A DNA stretch of 62,740 nucleotides, filler included, from a bacterium (GCA_027063545.1; 13 parts of 13 records of this genome joined end to end with filler, not necessarily neighbours in it), one strand, 5' to 3'; positions 32,205 through 43,316 are shown, counted from the whole stretch's first letter. Notes: generated by a model from the sequence alone, not told the origin. Program-made: numbers and translations.

Positions 32205-32304
32205 NNNNNNNNNNNNNNNNNNNNNNNNNNNNNNNNNNNNNNNNNNNNTTAATTAATTAANNNNNNNNNNNNNNNNNNNNNNNNNNNNNNNNNNNNNNNN
32301 NNNN
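32205..32304. other. Artificial contig linker
   Basis: 44 N + TTAATTAATTAA + 44 N. Confidence 0.99.
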
Positions 32305-32999
32305 TTTTGATAAAAATCATACTTAGGGGTTGAAAATTCTATCTTTTCTACATATTCTTTTAATCTTTCTTTAGCCTCTTCCATTAAAGGAGAATGAAAA
32401 GCACCACTTACATTCAATTTTACAATCTTTTTTGCTTTATCTTTTGCCTTTTCTATAAATAAATCTACACTTTCATTATATCCACTTATAACTATTTGAG
32501 AAGGACTATTAAAATTTGCAGGTGCAACATATTTTTTTGTTTCATCCTCTACTTCTTTACATATTTTTAAAATTTCTTCATAATCCATCCCTATTACAGC
32601 TGCCATTGCTCCTGGGTTGTTATTTGCTGCTTCTTGCATAAATTTGCCTCTTAAAGATAAAAGTCTAACTCCATCTTCAAAAGAAACTACTTCAGAATAT
32701 ATTAACGCAGAATATTCTCCAAGACTATGTCCTGCAACCATATCTGGAACTATTCCTTTTTCATTTTCTAAATATTTACCGATTGAAAATGAAACTAAAA
32801 ATATTGCTGGCTGAAGAATTGAAGTATCCTTTAGCCTTTCTTCATCATTCCCAAAAACAATATCCTCTAATTTTATACCTAAAATCTCATCCGCCTTATT
32901 CCATATATCTTTTACCCAATCAAATCTTTCATAAAAATCTTTTCCCATTCCTAAATATTGACTCCCTTGGCCTGGAAAAAGAAAAGCTATTTTACTCAT
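32305..32999 (-). CDS. fabD: Malonyl-CoA:ACP transacylase (3' truncated)
   Basis: FLFPGQGSQ, AGHSLGEY, ANFNSPSQIVISG and VSGAFHS; start at the MSKIAF ATG (32999). Confidence 0.96.
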
Positions 33000-33000
33000 A

Positions 33001-33996
33001 TTAAACAGCATCCTGCTTATATTCGTCTTTATCAAATAATTCTATCTCTTTTTCAATCTTTTTATTTAATTTTTCTTCTACCATTCTCTCAGCAACTAAT
33101 ATTGCATTTTTTATTGCTAAAGGTGAACTCTTTCCATGACTTATTATTGAGATCCCATCAACGCCTAATAAAGGAGCTCCTCCATAATTTTGATAATCAT
33201 ATGTAGAGAGATCAGAAGGTGGTTCTTTTAAATATTTTAAAATTACACTTCTTATAAAATCACCTACACTTTCATAGAATTTAAGTAATACATTTCCTAC
33301 AAAACCATCACAAACAGCCACATCTACAACACCTTTTATAATATCCTTTCCTTCAATATTACCATAGAAATTTATATTCGTTTGTTTTATGAGTTGATGT
33401 GCTTTTACTGTAGCATCATTTCCTTTTGTTGGTTCTTCTCCTATTGATAGAAGACCAACTGTAGGATTTAAGTTCCCTGAAAATATTTTCATATATACAC
33501 TACCCATTATTGCAAACTGCATTAAATTAAAAGGCTTACAATCAACGGTAGCTCCCACATCTAATACAAGAGTTTTTCCTTTTAAAGTAGGAAAAAATGT
33601 AGCTATAGCAGGCCTATAAATTCCCTTAATTCTACCTAAAATTAAAAGACTTCCCGCAGCCATTGCGCCGGTATTACCTGCTGAAATGAATGCATCCCCA
33701 ACTTTTTGTTTATGGAGTTTTAGGCCAACTACAATAGAAGAATTACCTTTTTCTTTTATAGCCTTTGTAGGTGAATCATGCATTGAGATCACTTCAGAAG
33801 CATGAAATATCTCTATTCTTTTTAATAAATCCTGATCTACATTTAAATTATTTAAACTCTCATTTATAAGTTTTTCATCACCAACAAGTCCAATATCTGA
33901 GTTAAAATTTTTATCTTTAAGTGCTAATATAGCCCCTTCTATAGGATTTTTAGGGGCAAAATCTCCTCCCATTGCATCTAATAATATTAAACTCAT
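33001..33996 (-). CDS. plsX: Phosphate acyltransferase
   Basis: LDAMGGDFAP, SAGNTGA, RPAI, LDVGA, IGEEPTKG, CDGFVGN and YGGAPLLG...HG. Confidence 0.97.
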   Translation of the reverse strand: MSLILLDAMGGDFAPKNPIEGAILALKDKNFNSDIGLVGDEKLINESLNNLNVDQDLLKRIEIFHASEVISMHDSPTKAIKEKGNSSIVVGLKLHKQKVGDAFISAGNTGAMAAGSLLILGRIKGIYRPAIATFFPTLKGKTLVLDVGATVDCKPFNLMQFAIMGSVYMKIFSGNLNPTVGLLSIGEEPTKGNDATVKAHQLIKQTNINFYGNIEGKDIIKGVVDVAVCDGFVGNVLLKFYESVGDFIRSVILKYLKEPPSDLSTYDYQNYGGAPLLGVDGISIISHGKSSPLAIKNAILVAERMVEEKLNKKIEKEIELFDKDEYKQDAV

Positions 33997-34019
33997 ACAC
34001 AGACCTCAATTATATTTTA

Positions 34020-34196
34020 TTATTCTTCTTTTAAAACTTCTACTTTGTTATATGTACCGCAATTTGAACATACTCTGTGAGGTCTTACCCAAGAATGACA
34101 TACCGGACATTCTACTAAATTTCCTGCTGTTAACTTATAGTGTGTTCTTCTTTTGTCTCTTCTTGACTTTGATGTTTTTCTCTTTGGAACAGCCAT
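34020..34196 (-). CDS. rpmF: 50S ribosomal protein L32 (Zn-binding, 58 aa)
   Basis: Not in the ORF track: MAVPKRKTSKSRRDKRRTHYKLTAGNLVECPVCHSWVRPHRVCSNCGTYNKVEVLKEE; AGGAG RBS. Confidence 0.97.
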   Translation of the reverse strand: MAVPKRKTSKSRRDKRRTHYKLTAGNLVECPVCHSWVRPHRVCSNCGTYNKVEVLKEE

Positions 34197-34504
34197 TTCT
34201 CCTCTCTCCTTTTTATTATAACTATTTCAACTCTATAAAATTAGGTTTAAAGTTAGGTTGTATATCAAAGCCTTGGTAAAAAAATCTTTTTTAAAATTAA
34301 AATTTTATATAAAAAAATTCAAATTAATTTTTTTGTTTTTATCAAAAAATAGCCTAGTTATATGTTAATTATACTATAAATACTTTTTTTTATATGTTTT
34401 TTTACATTTTTTATACTTATCATAAATATTTTCAATATATTACGTCTTAAGCACAAAAAAATACTTTTTGGAAAAATTAAAAACTTTTAACAAAGGATTG
34501 TATT

Positions 34505-36100
34505 ATGAAAATGAGGACAAAAATTTCTCTTTTTTCAATTATCTTAGTATTATTTTCTCTTTTAATCTTATACAAAAACTATATTACTTTAAAAACTATT
34601 CAAAAAAAGCAAGAACAACTTTTAATTGAACTATCAAAGGGAAATATTTCTTCTAAAACTTCACTAATTACATCAACTATAGAACATATTCTATCATTAA
34701 AAGATTCTCCTGAAGAAAGGCAAAAAATGGCTAGATTTGCTTTAAAACCTGTTGTAGATGTTGCTGCAAGTTTAACTAAAAAGATAGTAGAAAGTAATGA
34801 AAAAAAGAAAGAAATTATAAAAGACTTAAGGAAATATATAGGAAGCATCAGATACAACGGAAAAAAAGGTTATATATTTATTCTGGATTCAAAAGGTAAT
34901 CTTTTAGTTCATCCTAAAAAGAGCTTAGAAGGAAAGAATGTTATAAATATAAGAGATGTAAAAGGTAAATTAAAAAAATGTTAAAAGTGGCTAAAAAAAA
35001 TGGTGAAGGACTTGTGGAGTATTATTGGCCTAAGCCTAGTAGTAGTGTGCCAGAGCTTAAAGTTTCATATGTAAAAAAGATTGATGATTACTATGTGTGT
35101 ACGGGATTATATTATGATGATATAATTCAAGGGATTAAAGAGAATGCTATTAATACAATAAAACATATGGAAAGTGATGAGAATAGAATATATTTATTTG
35201 ATAAAAATAAAAATTTTCTTGTTAAACCAAAAAAGTACTTTGAAGATATTTCTAATTTAGTAATAAATAAGGATTCTATTCTCATATACAAGGATAAAAA
35301 TAAAATGATAAGTATTTCACATATTCCATATAGTGAATGGTTAATCGCTCTAGAAGAATCTCTTGATAGTATCAATCATGTTATTACAGAGTCTATAGGT
35401 TTTCAAAAATCTATTGTAAGGAAAGCTATTATAACTGGATTAGTATTCTCTCTTATTCTAGCAATATCATTAATTGCTATGTTTAAAATTTATATATTAA
35501 ATCCTTTAGACATATTTAAAGAAAAAATTAAGGATATTGCTTCTGGAGAAGGAGATCTAACAAAGCATATAAATATAAATAGAAATGACGAAATTGGAGA
35601 AATTGGTAAATTATTTAATGAATTCATCTCTAAGCTTAGAAATATAATTGCTAAAATTATTCAAGAGACTAATATGCTAAGTAAAATCGTTTCTCAAACC
35701 AACAATCTGGCAAATGACTTAAAAGAATCCTCTTCTAATCTTAATAAAAACGTTGATGAAGCATCTGAAAAGGTTAAAAATATCACTAAAGACTTTATTA
35801 GCATAGAAAAAGCATCCGAAGAGTCTGTTGAAAAACTTAATCAATTAATTCAAATAATGGAAGATTTCAAATCAAAATTTTCCCATCTTACCGAAAGATT
35901 AAATGATAATACTATAAATATTAATAAGGTTATTGGGAGATTCTCTAACTCTGTTTATGATTTAAAATCTATAGGTGAACAAACATCTGATACCAATAAA
36001 AAGGTTCAAAGTGCTAAAGATAAGGTTAACTATGTTAATAAAACAATTAATGAACTTAAAACCTCATCTGAGAAAATTGGAGAAATTGTAAGAATGATAC
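34505..36100 (+). pseudogene. Cache-domain methyl-accepting chemotaxis protein, frameshifted near 34972-34980 and 3' truncated by the contig end
   Basis: ORF1 ends mid-Cache (GYIFILD...VHP..LEGKN...RDVKGK). ORF2 resumes the same domain (MLKVAK..GEGLVEYYWPKP) and continues with TM, HAMP (GEGDLT...DEIG) and heptads (SEKIGEIV). Confidence 0.75.
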
Positions 36101-36200
36101 NNNNNNNNNNNNNNNNNNNNNNNNNNNNNNNNNNNNNNNNNNNNTTAATTAATTAANNNNNNNNNNNNNNNNNNNNNNNNNNNNNNNNNNNNNNNNNNNN
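36101..36200. other. Artificial contig linker
   Basis: 44 N + TTAATTAATTAA + 44 N. Confidence 0.99.
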
Positions 36201-37667
36201 ATTATAGCAAATTTATCTTTAATCAATACAAATTGGTATATTAAGCAATTAAAAAGAATGGGATTACCTACTTCCTTTACTGATAGTGAAATTGATTCTT
36301 TAAGGCCTGTACTTTTATCTGTTGACCCTAGAACAGGTAAACCAAAGGCTATAGAACTAGAACTTCCAGATGCAAAAATAAAGGTAAGACCAAAACCAAA
36401 AAGATATTTAAGAATACAAGATATAATGGTTATAAATATTGTAAATACAAATAAATGGGAAAGACCTATATACTTTGCTGTTACTGTGAGTGAAGATAAT
36501 TATATGGGTCTTACTCCTTATTTAAGAATGGAAGGAATGGTTTATAGGGTAACAAATAAAAAGTATAATAAGAGTATAAATAAAGAAAGAATGGAATTTT
36601 TACTTGACTCTGTATATCAATATAGAGGTTTACATGATACTTGTAATGTACATTTAATGGAAGAAGATCAAAAGCTCCTTGTTAATTATGGTGCTATGTA
36701 TGTGATGCTTGCTAATGCATATTTAAAGGATTATGCGAAATATAAAGATTCTTTGGATGTTATTAATAAAAATCTATCCGATTCTTCTGTAATCTTATAT
36801 TATATATTTAAAGAAGTTGATTCTTTAATTGTAGAATATGGTAAAAGCAAAGATAAAAAGATTCTTGAAAGATTAAGAGATGCAAGGAATGAAGTATTTA
36901 AATATATAAAAGAGAACGAAAAAGATTATTTAAAGGATAGACAAAAACTTGTTAAACTTATTAGTGCTATAAAAGATTCTTTAAATAAAGGAGTTTCTGA
37001 TAGTGTTAGACAACAACTAGAGGATGAGCTTAAATATTATAATAGCCAGTTAAATAGTGTAGAATTAGAACTAGCTATGTATAAAACTATTAAAAACTTT
37101 TATAAAAATTTAGGCTTAAAAGATAGAGGCCCATATAATAGTATAATAGTTGCTCAAAAATTAAAAAAGAAAAAATACTATCAAGAAAAACTAAATTACT
37201 ATAAGAATAAAACTTTAGAAGTACTAGAAACAGGAATATCTCGTCTTGGAAGAGTTGATTTAATTAAAGAATACTATCCTAAATATTTAGAATTCTTAGG
37301 TGAACAAGACAGGGCTTTAAAATTCTATAAACATCTAATAGAATCCTCTAAAAAGGTATCTAGTGATATATATGCTGGGTATTTATCCTCTCTTTTAGAT
37401 AAGTTTGCTTCAGAAAAAAATGATAGTGTAAAAAATAATTTAAAAGAAGAGTTTATTACAACCTTAGATAAGGCTATTATGCAATATCCTAATTCTTCCA
37501 TTTTATGGATAATTGGTGGTGATTTTTACTCTGCTATAGGAGATAATAATAATAGTATTAAGTACTTACAAACCGCTTTAAAGTATGAAACAGAGCCTAA
37601 AACACAACAATTAATAAAACTTAAACTTTCAATGTTAAAACAAAAAGGTGATAAAAAAGTTAAATAA
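36201..37667 (+). CDS. DUF2723/TMEM260-like protein, C-terminal region with helical/TPR tail (5' truncated)
   Basis: Frame open from the contig edge: IIANLSLINTNWYIKQLK; RPIYFAVTV; YLRMEGMVYR; TPR-like C-terminus. Confidence 0.75.
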   Translation: MIANLSLINTNWYIKQLKRMGLPTSFTDSEIDSLRPVLLSVDPRTGKPKAIELELPDAKIKVRPKPKRYLRIQDIMVINIVNTNKWERPIYFAVTVSEDNYMGLTPYLRMEGMVYRVTNKKYNKSINKERMEFLLDSVYQYRGLHDTCNVHLMEEDQKLLVNYGAMYVMLANAYLKDYAKYKDSLDVINKNLSDSSVILYYIFKEVDSLIVEYGKSKDKKILERLRDARNEVFKYIKENEKDYLKDRQKLVKLISAIKDSLNKGVSDSVRQQLEDELKYYNSQLNSVELELAMYKTIKNFYKNLGLKDRGPYNSIIVAQKLKKKKYYQEKLNYYKNKTLEVLETGISRLGRVDLIKEYYPKYLEFLGEQDRALKFYKHLIESSKKVSSDIYAGYLSSLLDKFASEKNDSVKNNLKEEFITTLDKAIMQYPNSSILWIIGGDFYSAIGDNNNSIKYLQTALKYETEPKTQQLIKLKLSMLKQKGDKKVK

Positions 37668-39855
37668 ACCTATTATTTTAACTCTATTTTTTTTCTTTTT
37701 GATTTTTTATTATCCAATAATATTTGGAGGGTCTTCTCTCTGGGAAGACTCTCTTTATTTTTTTTATCCATATAGATTTTTTATAGCTGATCAAATAGCA
37801 AATGGAAATATTCCTTTTTGGAATCCATATATATTTGGAGGAATGCCTATTTTTGAAGATTTACAAGCTGGTATCTTAAATCCTTTTAATTGGATATATA
37901 ATATCATTTATTTATTATCTGGTGATTTGAGTTTTCATACATATAGTATAATAAGTATAATCTATATATTTATACTCGGAATATTTACTGCTATAGGAAC
38001 AAGCTTTTTTACAAATAAAAAAACAACAATAATATTTATATCAATCATTTCTATGTTTTCTACATTTATATCATATCATATAAATCATCTATCTTTTATC
38101 CAAACAGGTGCTACTTTACCTTTTGCTACATTAGCAATTATAAAATTTTTAGAAAAGAGAAATATTAAGTACTTAATCTTTTTTGTGATAGGTCTTATTC
38201 TCTCTTTATTTGGTGGGTATGTTCAGTATATATTTTATTATCTAGTTTTTCTTTTTGTTGGATTCGTGGCTTATTTCATCTATACTCGAGAGAAAAAAAT
38301 ATCCTTTTTAATATTTATTAGTATATTTCTTTCATTACTAGCAAGTGCTGTCATATACATTCCAGCAATAGATTTTCAAAAAGAGATAAAAAGGGAAAAG
38401 TTATCATTTGAAGAATCATCTGTTGGGTCATTACAGCCTGAAGATATCTTTAGAATTGTAAATCCAAAGGTATTTGGGATAATAAAATTTAATTTAGATA
38501 AAGATTATCCCTATTGGATAAATCAAAAGGAATATTATAACTTCTGGGAAACATCTATTTTTATAGGTATAATTCCTCTAATTTTTTTAATCTTTATTTT
38601 AATAAAAGAAGAGAATAAAAGATTAAGAAATATTTATATTATAACAATTTTTACTATATTTATTTTGAGTTTGGGGAAATACACACCTTTATATTTTCTA
38701 ATATACAAATTTATACCTGGATTTGATAAATTTAGAAACCCAGGAAGATTTTTATATCTATTTTATCTTTTTAGTATAATACTTTTATCTTTAAGATATG
38801 ATAAAATTACCAAAGATTTAAAACACGCCTCCCTAAAAAGTATAAACATAGTTTTGGGAGTATTATTTTTTCTAATAATTGCTCCTCTATTTCTATTTAA
38901 ATTCCCTGATAGTATGGCTTATTCGTATGCTTTAAATAGTACTATTTTTGAAATAATAATATTTATTTTAATGTACTCTACTCTCTTCCTCTATAGAAAA
39001 AATATTATAAATACATCAATATTTAATATTTTAATTATAATACTAACATTCTTTGATCTATACCATGCTGGTAGTTTTTTTGCTCCTGCTAATATAGATG
39101 GGGATAAATTCTACGGAAGGGATTTGAATCTTTCTAGTTTAAAAAATACTGAAGAAAAATTTAGAATAAAATCTAGATCAGGACCTTATATGATATTTAG
39201 AAGAAATGCTGGTATGATCCTTAAACTTGAACTTTTATCAGGTTATAACCCTTTTCTTTTAAAAGACTTCTATAACTTCTATTTTCATATAAAAAACTCT
39301 GCTAAAATTCTTAATGCTAAATATGAGATTACGATTGATGAAAATTCTAACTCTATTTATCTAAAAGAGAATAAAATCTATTGGCCAAGATTTTTTACCA
39401 CAAATAATATTATTTTTATAGAGAATAATAAAGATATAAAAGATATTATAGACTCTACATTTTATAAAGATATAAAAGTTGTAATAAAAGAAAAGGATAA
39501 AAAATTTGTCAAAAAAATAGAGAATTCTATAAATACAATCAACTCTAACATAAAAGTATTAAAATATGATATAAACCATCATAAATATGAAATAACTACT
39601 CCTTTTAATACTCTTTTTGTTGAAAATGATATTTACTATAAAAGAATAAAAGCAAAAGTTGATGGAGAAAAAACTCATTTAATTAAAGTAAATGATATAC
39701 AAAGGGGAATTTTTATACCTAAGGGTAAGCATATTATTGAAATATACTATGATAAATCCCTTATAGTACTCTCTTTTGTTTTATCTTTTGTGGGATTTAT
39801 TTTAATTTTTATATTTTTTTATTATCTAGAAAAAAGGAAAATATATGAGGCTTGA
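37648..39855 (+). CDS. YfhO-family GT-C-like membrane protein
   Basis: D....FYP, IPFWNPYIFGGMP, IPGFDKFRNPGRF and AKVDG...KVN...RGIFIPKGKH.IE; many TM segments. Confidence 0.85.
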   Translation: MIKKLNKPIILTLFFFFLIFYYPIIFGGSSLWEDSLYFFYPYRFFIADQIANGNIPFWNPYIFGGMPIFEDLQAGILNPFNWIYNIIYLLSGDLSFHTYSIISIIYIFILGIFTAIGTSFFTNKKTTIIFISIISMFSTFISYHINHLSFIQTGATLPFATLAIIKFLEKRNIKYLIFFVIGLILSLFGGYVQYIFYYLVFLFVGFVAYFIYTREKKISFLIFISIFLSLLASAVIYIPAIDFQKEIKREKLSFEESSVGSLQPEDIFRIVNPKVFGIIKFNLDKDYPYWINQKEYYNFWETSIFIGIIPLIFLIFILIKEENKRLRNIYIITIFTIFILSLGKYTPLYFLIYKFIPGFDKFRNPGRFLYLFYLFSIILLSLRYDKITKDLKHASLKSINIVLGVLFFLIIAPLFLFKFPDSMAYSYALNSTIFEIIIFILMYSTLFLYRKNIINTSIFNILIIILTFFDLYHAGSFFAPANIDGDKFYGRDLNLSSLKNTEEKFRIKSRSGPYMIFRRNAGMILKLELLSGYNPFLLKDFYNFYFHIKNSAKILNAKYEITIDENSNSIYLKENKIYWPRFFTTNNIIFIENNKDIKDIIDSTFYKDIKVVIKEKDKKFVKKIENSINTINSNIKVLKYDINHHKYEITTPFNTLFVENDIYYKRIKAKVDGEKTHLIKVNDIQRGIFIPKGKHIIEIYYDKSLIVLSFVLSFVGFILIFIFFYYLEKRKIYEA

Positions 39856-39971
39856 TTCATTCTTAGTAAAGGCAAAAGTAGGCTCTAAATCAGAGGTTCA
39901 AAAACTTATTAGAAATAAAAAAGTAAAAGTTAATGGAGAGATTGTTAAGATTATTTCATATAAATTAAAAG
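39845..39971 (+). CDS. S4-domain N-terminus of an RsuA-family pseudouridine synthase (3' truncated)
   Basis: MRLDSFL...GSKSEVQKLIRNKKVKVNG. Confidence 0.7.
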
Positions 39972-40071
39972 NNNNNNNNNNNNNNNNNNNNNNNNNNNNN
40001 NNNNNNNNNNNNNNNTTAATTAATTAANNNNNNNNNNNNNNNNNNNNNNNNNNNNNNNNNNNNNNNNNNNN
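39972..40071. other. Artificial contig linker
   Basis: 44 N + TTAATTAATTAA + 44 N. Confidence 0.99.
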
Positions 40072-41332
40072 TGTTAATATATATGAAAAAATTGGAAATA
40101 TATATTTTCTTATGGGTAAATATAATATAGCCAAAATATATTATAATAAAGAAATTAAAGTTAACAAAAATAATTTATCAGCTCTGTATTCATTAGCAAA
40201 TATTTATTATATAGAAGGTAATTTGGAATTATCTATGAAATTATTAAAAAGTATTTTAGAGAAAAATCCTAATTATTATAAAGCTCAAGCACTAATGGGT
40301 AATATATATTTAAAATTAAATGATAAATATAACGCTTTAAAGATATGGAAAGATTTATTTGAAAAATATAAGCTTAAAGATTTTACTCTTAGTAGAAATT
40401 ATGCAATTCTACTTTATGATTTAGGAGATTATAATACATCTTTAAAAATTTTAAAAAATTTAAAGGAGTTTTATCCTGATTCTATCAAACTATATCTTGA
40501 TATTGGAAATGTTTATTTTAAAATGGGAAATTATAAGGAGGCATTAAAGTACTACAATATTGCAGAAAAGGTATATAAAAATGAAGTAAAACGGAATATT
40601 TGTATTATTAAAAGGTTAAATAATATATATGATTCTACTTGTTCAGGTGTTTTTATAGAATCATCAGATTCTTTAGAATTTGTTATCCAATATTTAGATC
40701 ATACGAAAAGATATAATGATATAATTAAGATTTATAAAAAAAATAAAAGTATTTTAAAAAACAATCCAGAAGCTCTTTTAATAATAGCAAAAGCATATAA
40801 TAGTATTGGAGAATATAAAAAGGCCTATGATATTCTAAAATATATGCTAAAACGATATCCAGAATATAAAGATAGCATATATAGAGAAATGATATTTTCT
40901 TATTATTTATCTGGGCAATACGATAACGCTTTAGAAGTTTTTAAACAAATATCACAAAAAACACATATAGATACCATTAATTATATTAATATTTTATTTT
41001 CTTTAGGAAAGTATCAAAAAGTGGTGAATATAATGGAAAAACATTTAACATTTAATGAAATTTATGAGTATAGACAGGTATATTTAGTGAGTTTAGTGAA
41101 CTTAAAAAAATATGATAAGGTAATGGAATTTATTAAAAAACATGAGACTCTTTTAAAAGATGATCCAATAGCATTGGCTGTGTTATCATGGATTTATTAC
41201 GTGAAAAATAGAAAAGAAGATTTTATATTATATTTTCAAAAGGCATTGGATAAAGATAGTATATATATAAAAAGAGAATTCCCTAAATTATATAGCTTAT
41301 ACAAAAAAATAAAGGAGGGTAAAATTGAATAA
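40072..41332 (+). CDS. Tetratricopeptide repeat protein (5' truncated)
   Basis: Repeated LANIYY.EG, IGNVYFKMGNYKEALKYY and AKAYNSIGEYKKA TPR units. Confidence 0.85.
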
Positions 41333-42041
41333 AGTAGGATTGTTATTGGATTTTTATGGAACATTGGTAGAAGATGATAGGAAAATGGTAGAGCTTTTTA
41401 TTTATGAATGGATACATTATTATGGTGCAATAGGAGATAAAGAAGAAATTCATGAATTTTGGACAAGGCTTTATATAGAATTAAGACTAAAATATCAAGG
41501 CGATGATTATAAAACAAGAAATAGAATACAAAATATGGTGTTAGAGAGATTATTTAAAAGATTTAAAATAAATGCATCATATGATGAATACGCTGCTAGA
41601 TTATATGAGCAGAGAACAAATGCAAACTTGTATCCTGATACAAATGATTTTTTGAAATTTTTAAAGGAAGAAAATATTCCCCACATTATATTAACAGATG
41701 GAGATGATGTAGAAGTTAATTCTGTTTTAAAGTTAAGAAATATAGAAATAGAGGATGTAATTACATCCCAACAGGTACGATATTATAAGCCTTCTATAAA
41801 AATTTACTCTCAGGCTGTAAAACTTATGGAAGAGAAATATGGAATTAATAAAGAAAATATAATAAATATAGGTGATAGTCATTGGAGTGATGTAATTGGA
41901 GCAAAAAATTATGGGATAAATTGTATATGGATTAATAGATTAGAAAGAAATCTTCCCATACCAGAAAATTTTTATAATGTTAAAAATTTAAGCCAAGCTA
42001 AAAGGATAATAAAAGGATTGTTAAAAAATGGGGATAAATAA
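41325..42041 (+). CDS. HAD-superfamily hydrolase
   Basis: LDFYGTLV, TD, YKP and IGDS..SDV.GA; TTG start. Confidence 0.9.
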   Translation: MNKVGLLLDFYGTLVEDDRKMVELFIYEWIHYYGAIGDKEEIHEFWTRLYIELRLKYQGDDYKTRNRIQNMVLERLFKRFKINASYDEYAARLYEQRTNANLYPDTNDFLKFLKEENIPHIILTDGDDVEVNSVLKLRNIEIEDVITSQQVRYYKPSIKIYSQAVKLMEEKYGINKENIINIGDSHWSDVIGAKNYGINCIWINRLERNLPIPENFYNVKNLSQAKRIIKGLLKNGDK

Positions 42042-42720
42042 GATATCAGATAAAGCTTTAGTATTATTATCTGGAGGACAGGATTCAACCACAGCATTAT
42101 TTTGGGCAAAAGAAAATTTTAAAGAAATATATACTATAAGTTTTTACTATGGTCAAAGACATTCTATAGAATTAGAAAGTGTAAAAAAGATAGTTGAAAT
42201 AGCAAATGTTGAGAATAAAATTATAGATATTAGTTTTTTGAAAGATTTGACAACATCTGCTTTGTTAAAAGATGAAGATATAAAAATAAACCCTCATAAT
42301 AATCTTCCTACATCCTTTGTTCCGGGGAGGAATATGTTATTTTTATCTATAGCGGCTTCTTATGCTTATGATAAAGGTATAAGAGATTTAGTAATAGGTG
42401 TATCTCAAGTAGATTATTCAGGTTATCCTGATTGTAGAGATGATTTTATACGCTCTATGGAAAGAACAATTTCTTATGCTATGGATACAAAGTTTAGAAT
42501 TCATGCTCCTTTAATTTATATGTCAAAGAAAGATGAAGTTTTATATATGGAGAGTATTGGAAAATTAGATGTATTAGCTTTTACACACACATGTTATAAA
42601 GGTGTATTTCCCCCCTGCGGTGAATGCCCAGCCTGTAAATTAAGGGCAGGGGGATTTAAAGAAGCAGGTATTGAAGACCCTATTTATAAAAGAATAAGAG
42701 GAGAAAAGCTCAATATATGA
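42028..42720 (+). CDS. queC: 7-cyano-7-deazaguanine synthase
   Basis: LSGGQDSTT, YGQRH, FVPGRN, SGYPDCR and TCY...CGECPACKLR. Confidence 0.96.
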   Translation: MGINKISDKALVLLSGGQDSTTALFWAKENFKEIYTISFYYGQRHSIELESVKKIVEIANVENKIIDISFLKDLTTSALLKDEDIKINPHNNLPTSFVPGRNMLFLSIAASYAYDKGIRDLVIGVSQVDYSGYPDCRDDFIRSMERTISYAMDTKFRIHAPLIYMSKKDEVLYMESIGKLDVLAFTHTCYKGVFPPCGECPACKLRAGGFKEAGIEDPIYKRIRGEKLNI

Positions 42721-43316
42721 TAGTAAGAACAGTTTCTTCTTATGTTGATAAAAGAGTTATTAATCAGGCTTTAAGAATACTTGAGGATAATGGTATAATT
42801 ATATATCCTACTGATACTGTCTATGGTATGGGTTGTTTAATAAATACAAGAAAGGCTTTAAAACGACTTTATTCTATCAAAAGGAAAAGACCAGATAAAC
42901 CTTTTTCATTTATATGCCATAATATAAAACAAGCATCTCAATATGCTATAATAGATGATAGAAACTTTAAAATAATCACAGACCTCACACCTGGACCTTA
43001 TACTTTTGTTCTTCCTGCAAAGAAAACAACTCCAAGAGATTTAAGATCTCAAGAGAATACCGTAGGTATAAGAATACCAGCTAATGATTTAATTTTAGAA
43101 CTAGTTAAGGAAGCTCAAATTCCGTTAATAACTACCTCTGTTACCATAGATAATTTTTTTACATCAAATTGTATAGATGATATTATAAACTATTATGAAT
43201 ATTTAGTTGATTTAATTATTGTAGATGAAGAATTTCAACCTACCCAGCCTTCTACCATTTTAGATTTAACCTCTGAAGAAATAAAAATTTTAAGGGAAGG
43301 TGCTGGAAAAATTTAG
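42717..43316 (+). CDS. Sua5/YrdC/YciO family threonylcarbamoyl-AMP synthase
   Basis: YPTDTVYG, IKRK...KP, PGPYT, VGIRIP and PSTILD...LREGAG. Confidence 0.9.
   Translation: MIVRTVSSYVDKRVINQALRILEDNGIIIYPTDTVYGMGCLINTRKALKRLYSIKRKRPDKPFSFICHNIKQASQYAIIDDRNFKIITDLTPGPYTFVLPAKKTTPRDLRSQENTVGIRIPANDLILELVKEAQIPLITTSVTIDNFFTSNCIDDIINYYEYLVDLIIVDEEFQPTQPSTILDLTSEEIKILREGAGKI

Noticed and set aside
42028-42720. queC as part of a Dpd/Qat defence system
   Set aside because: Canonical length and motifs, housekeeping neighbours, and no dpdA, TatD or ATPase partners.
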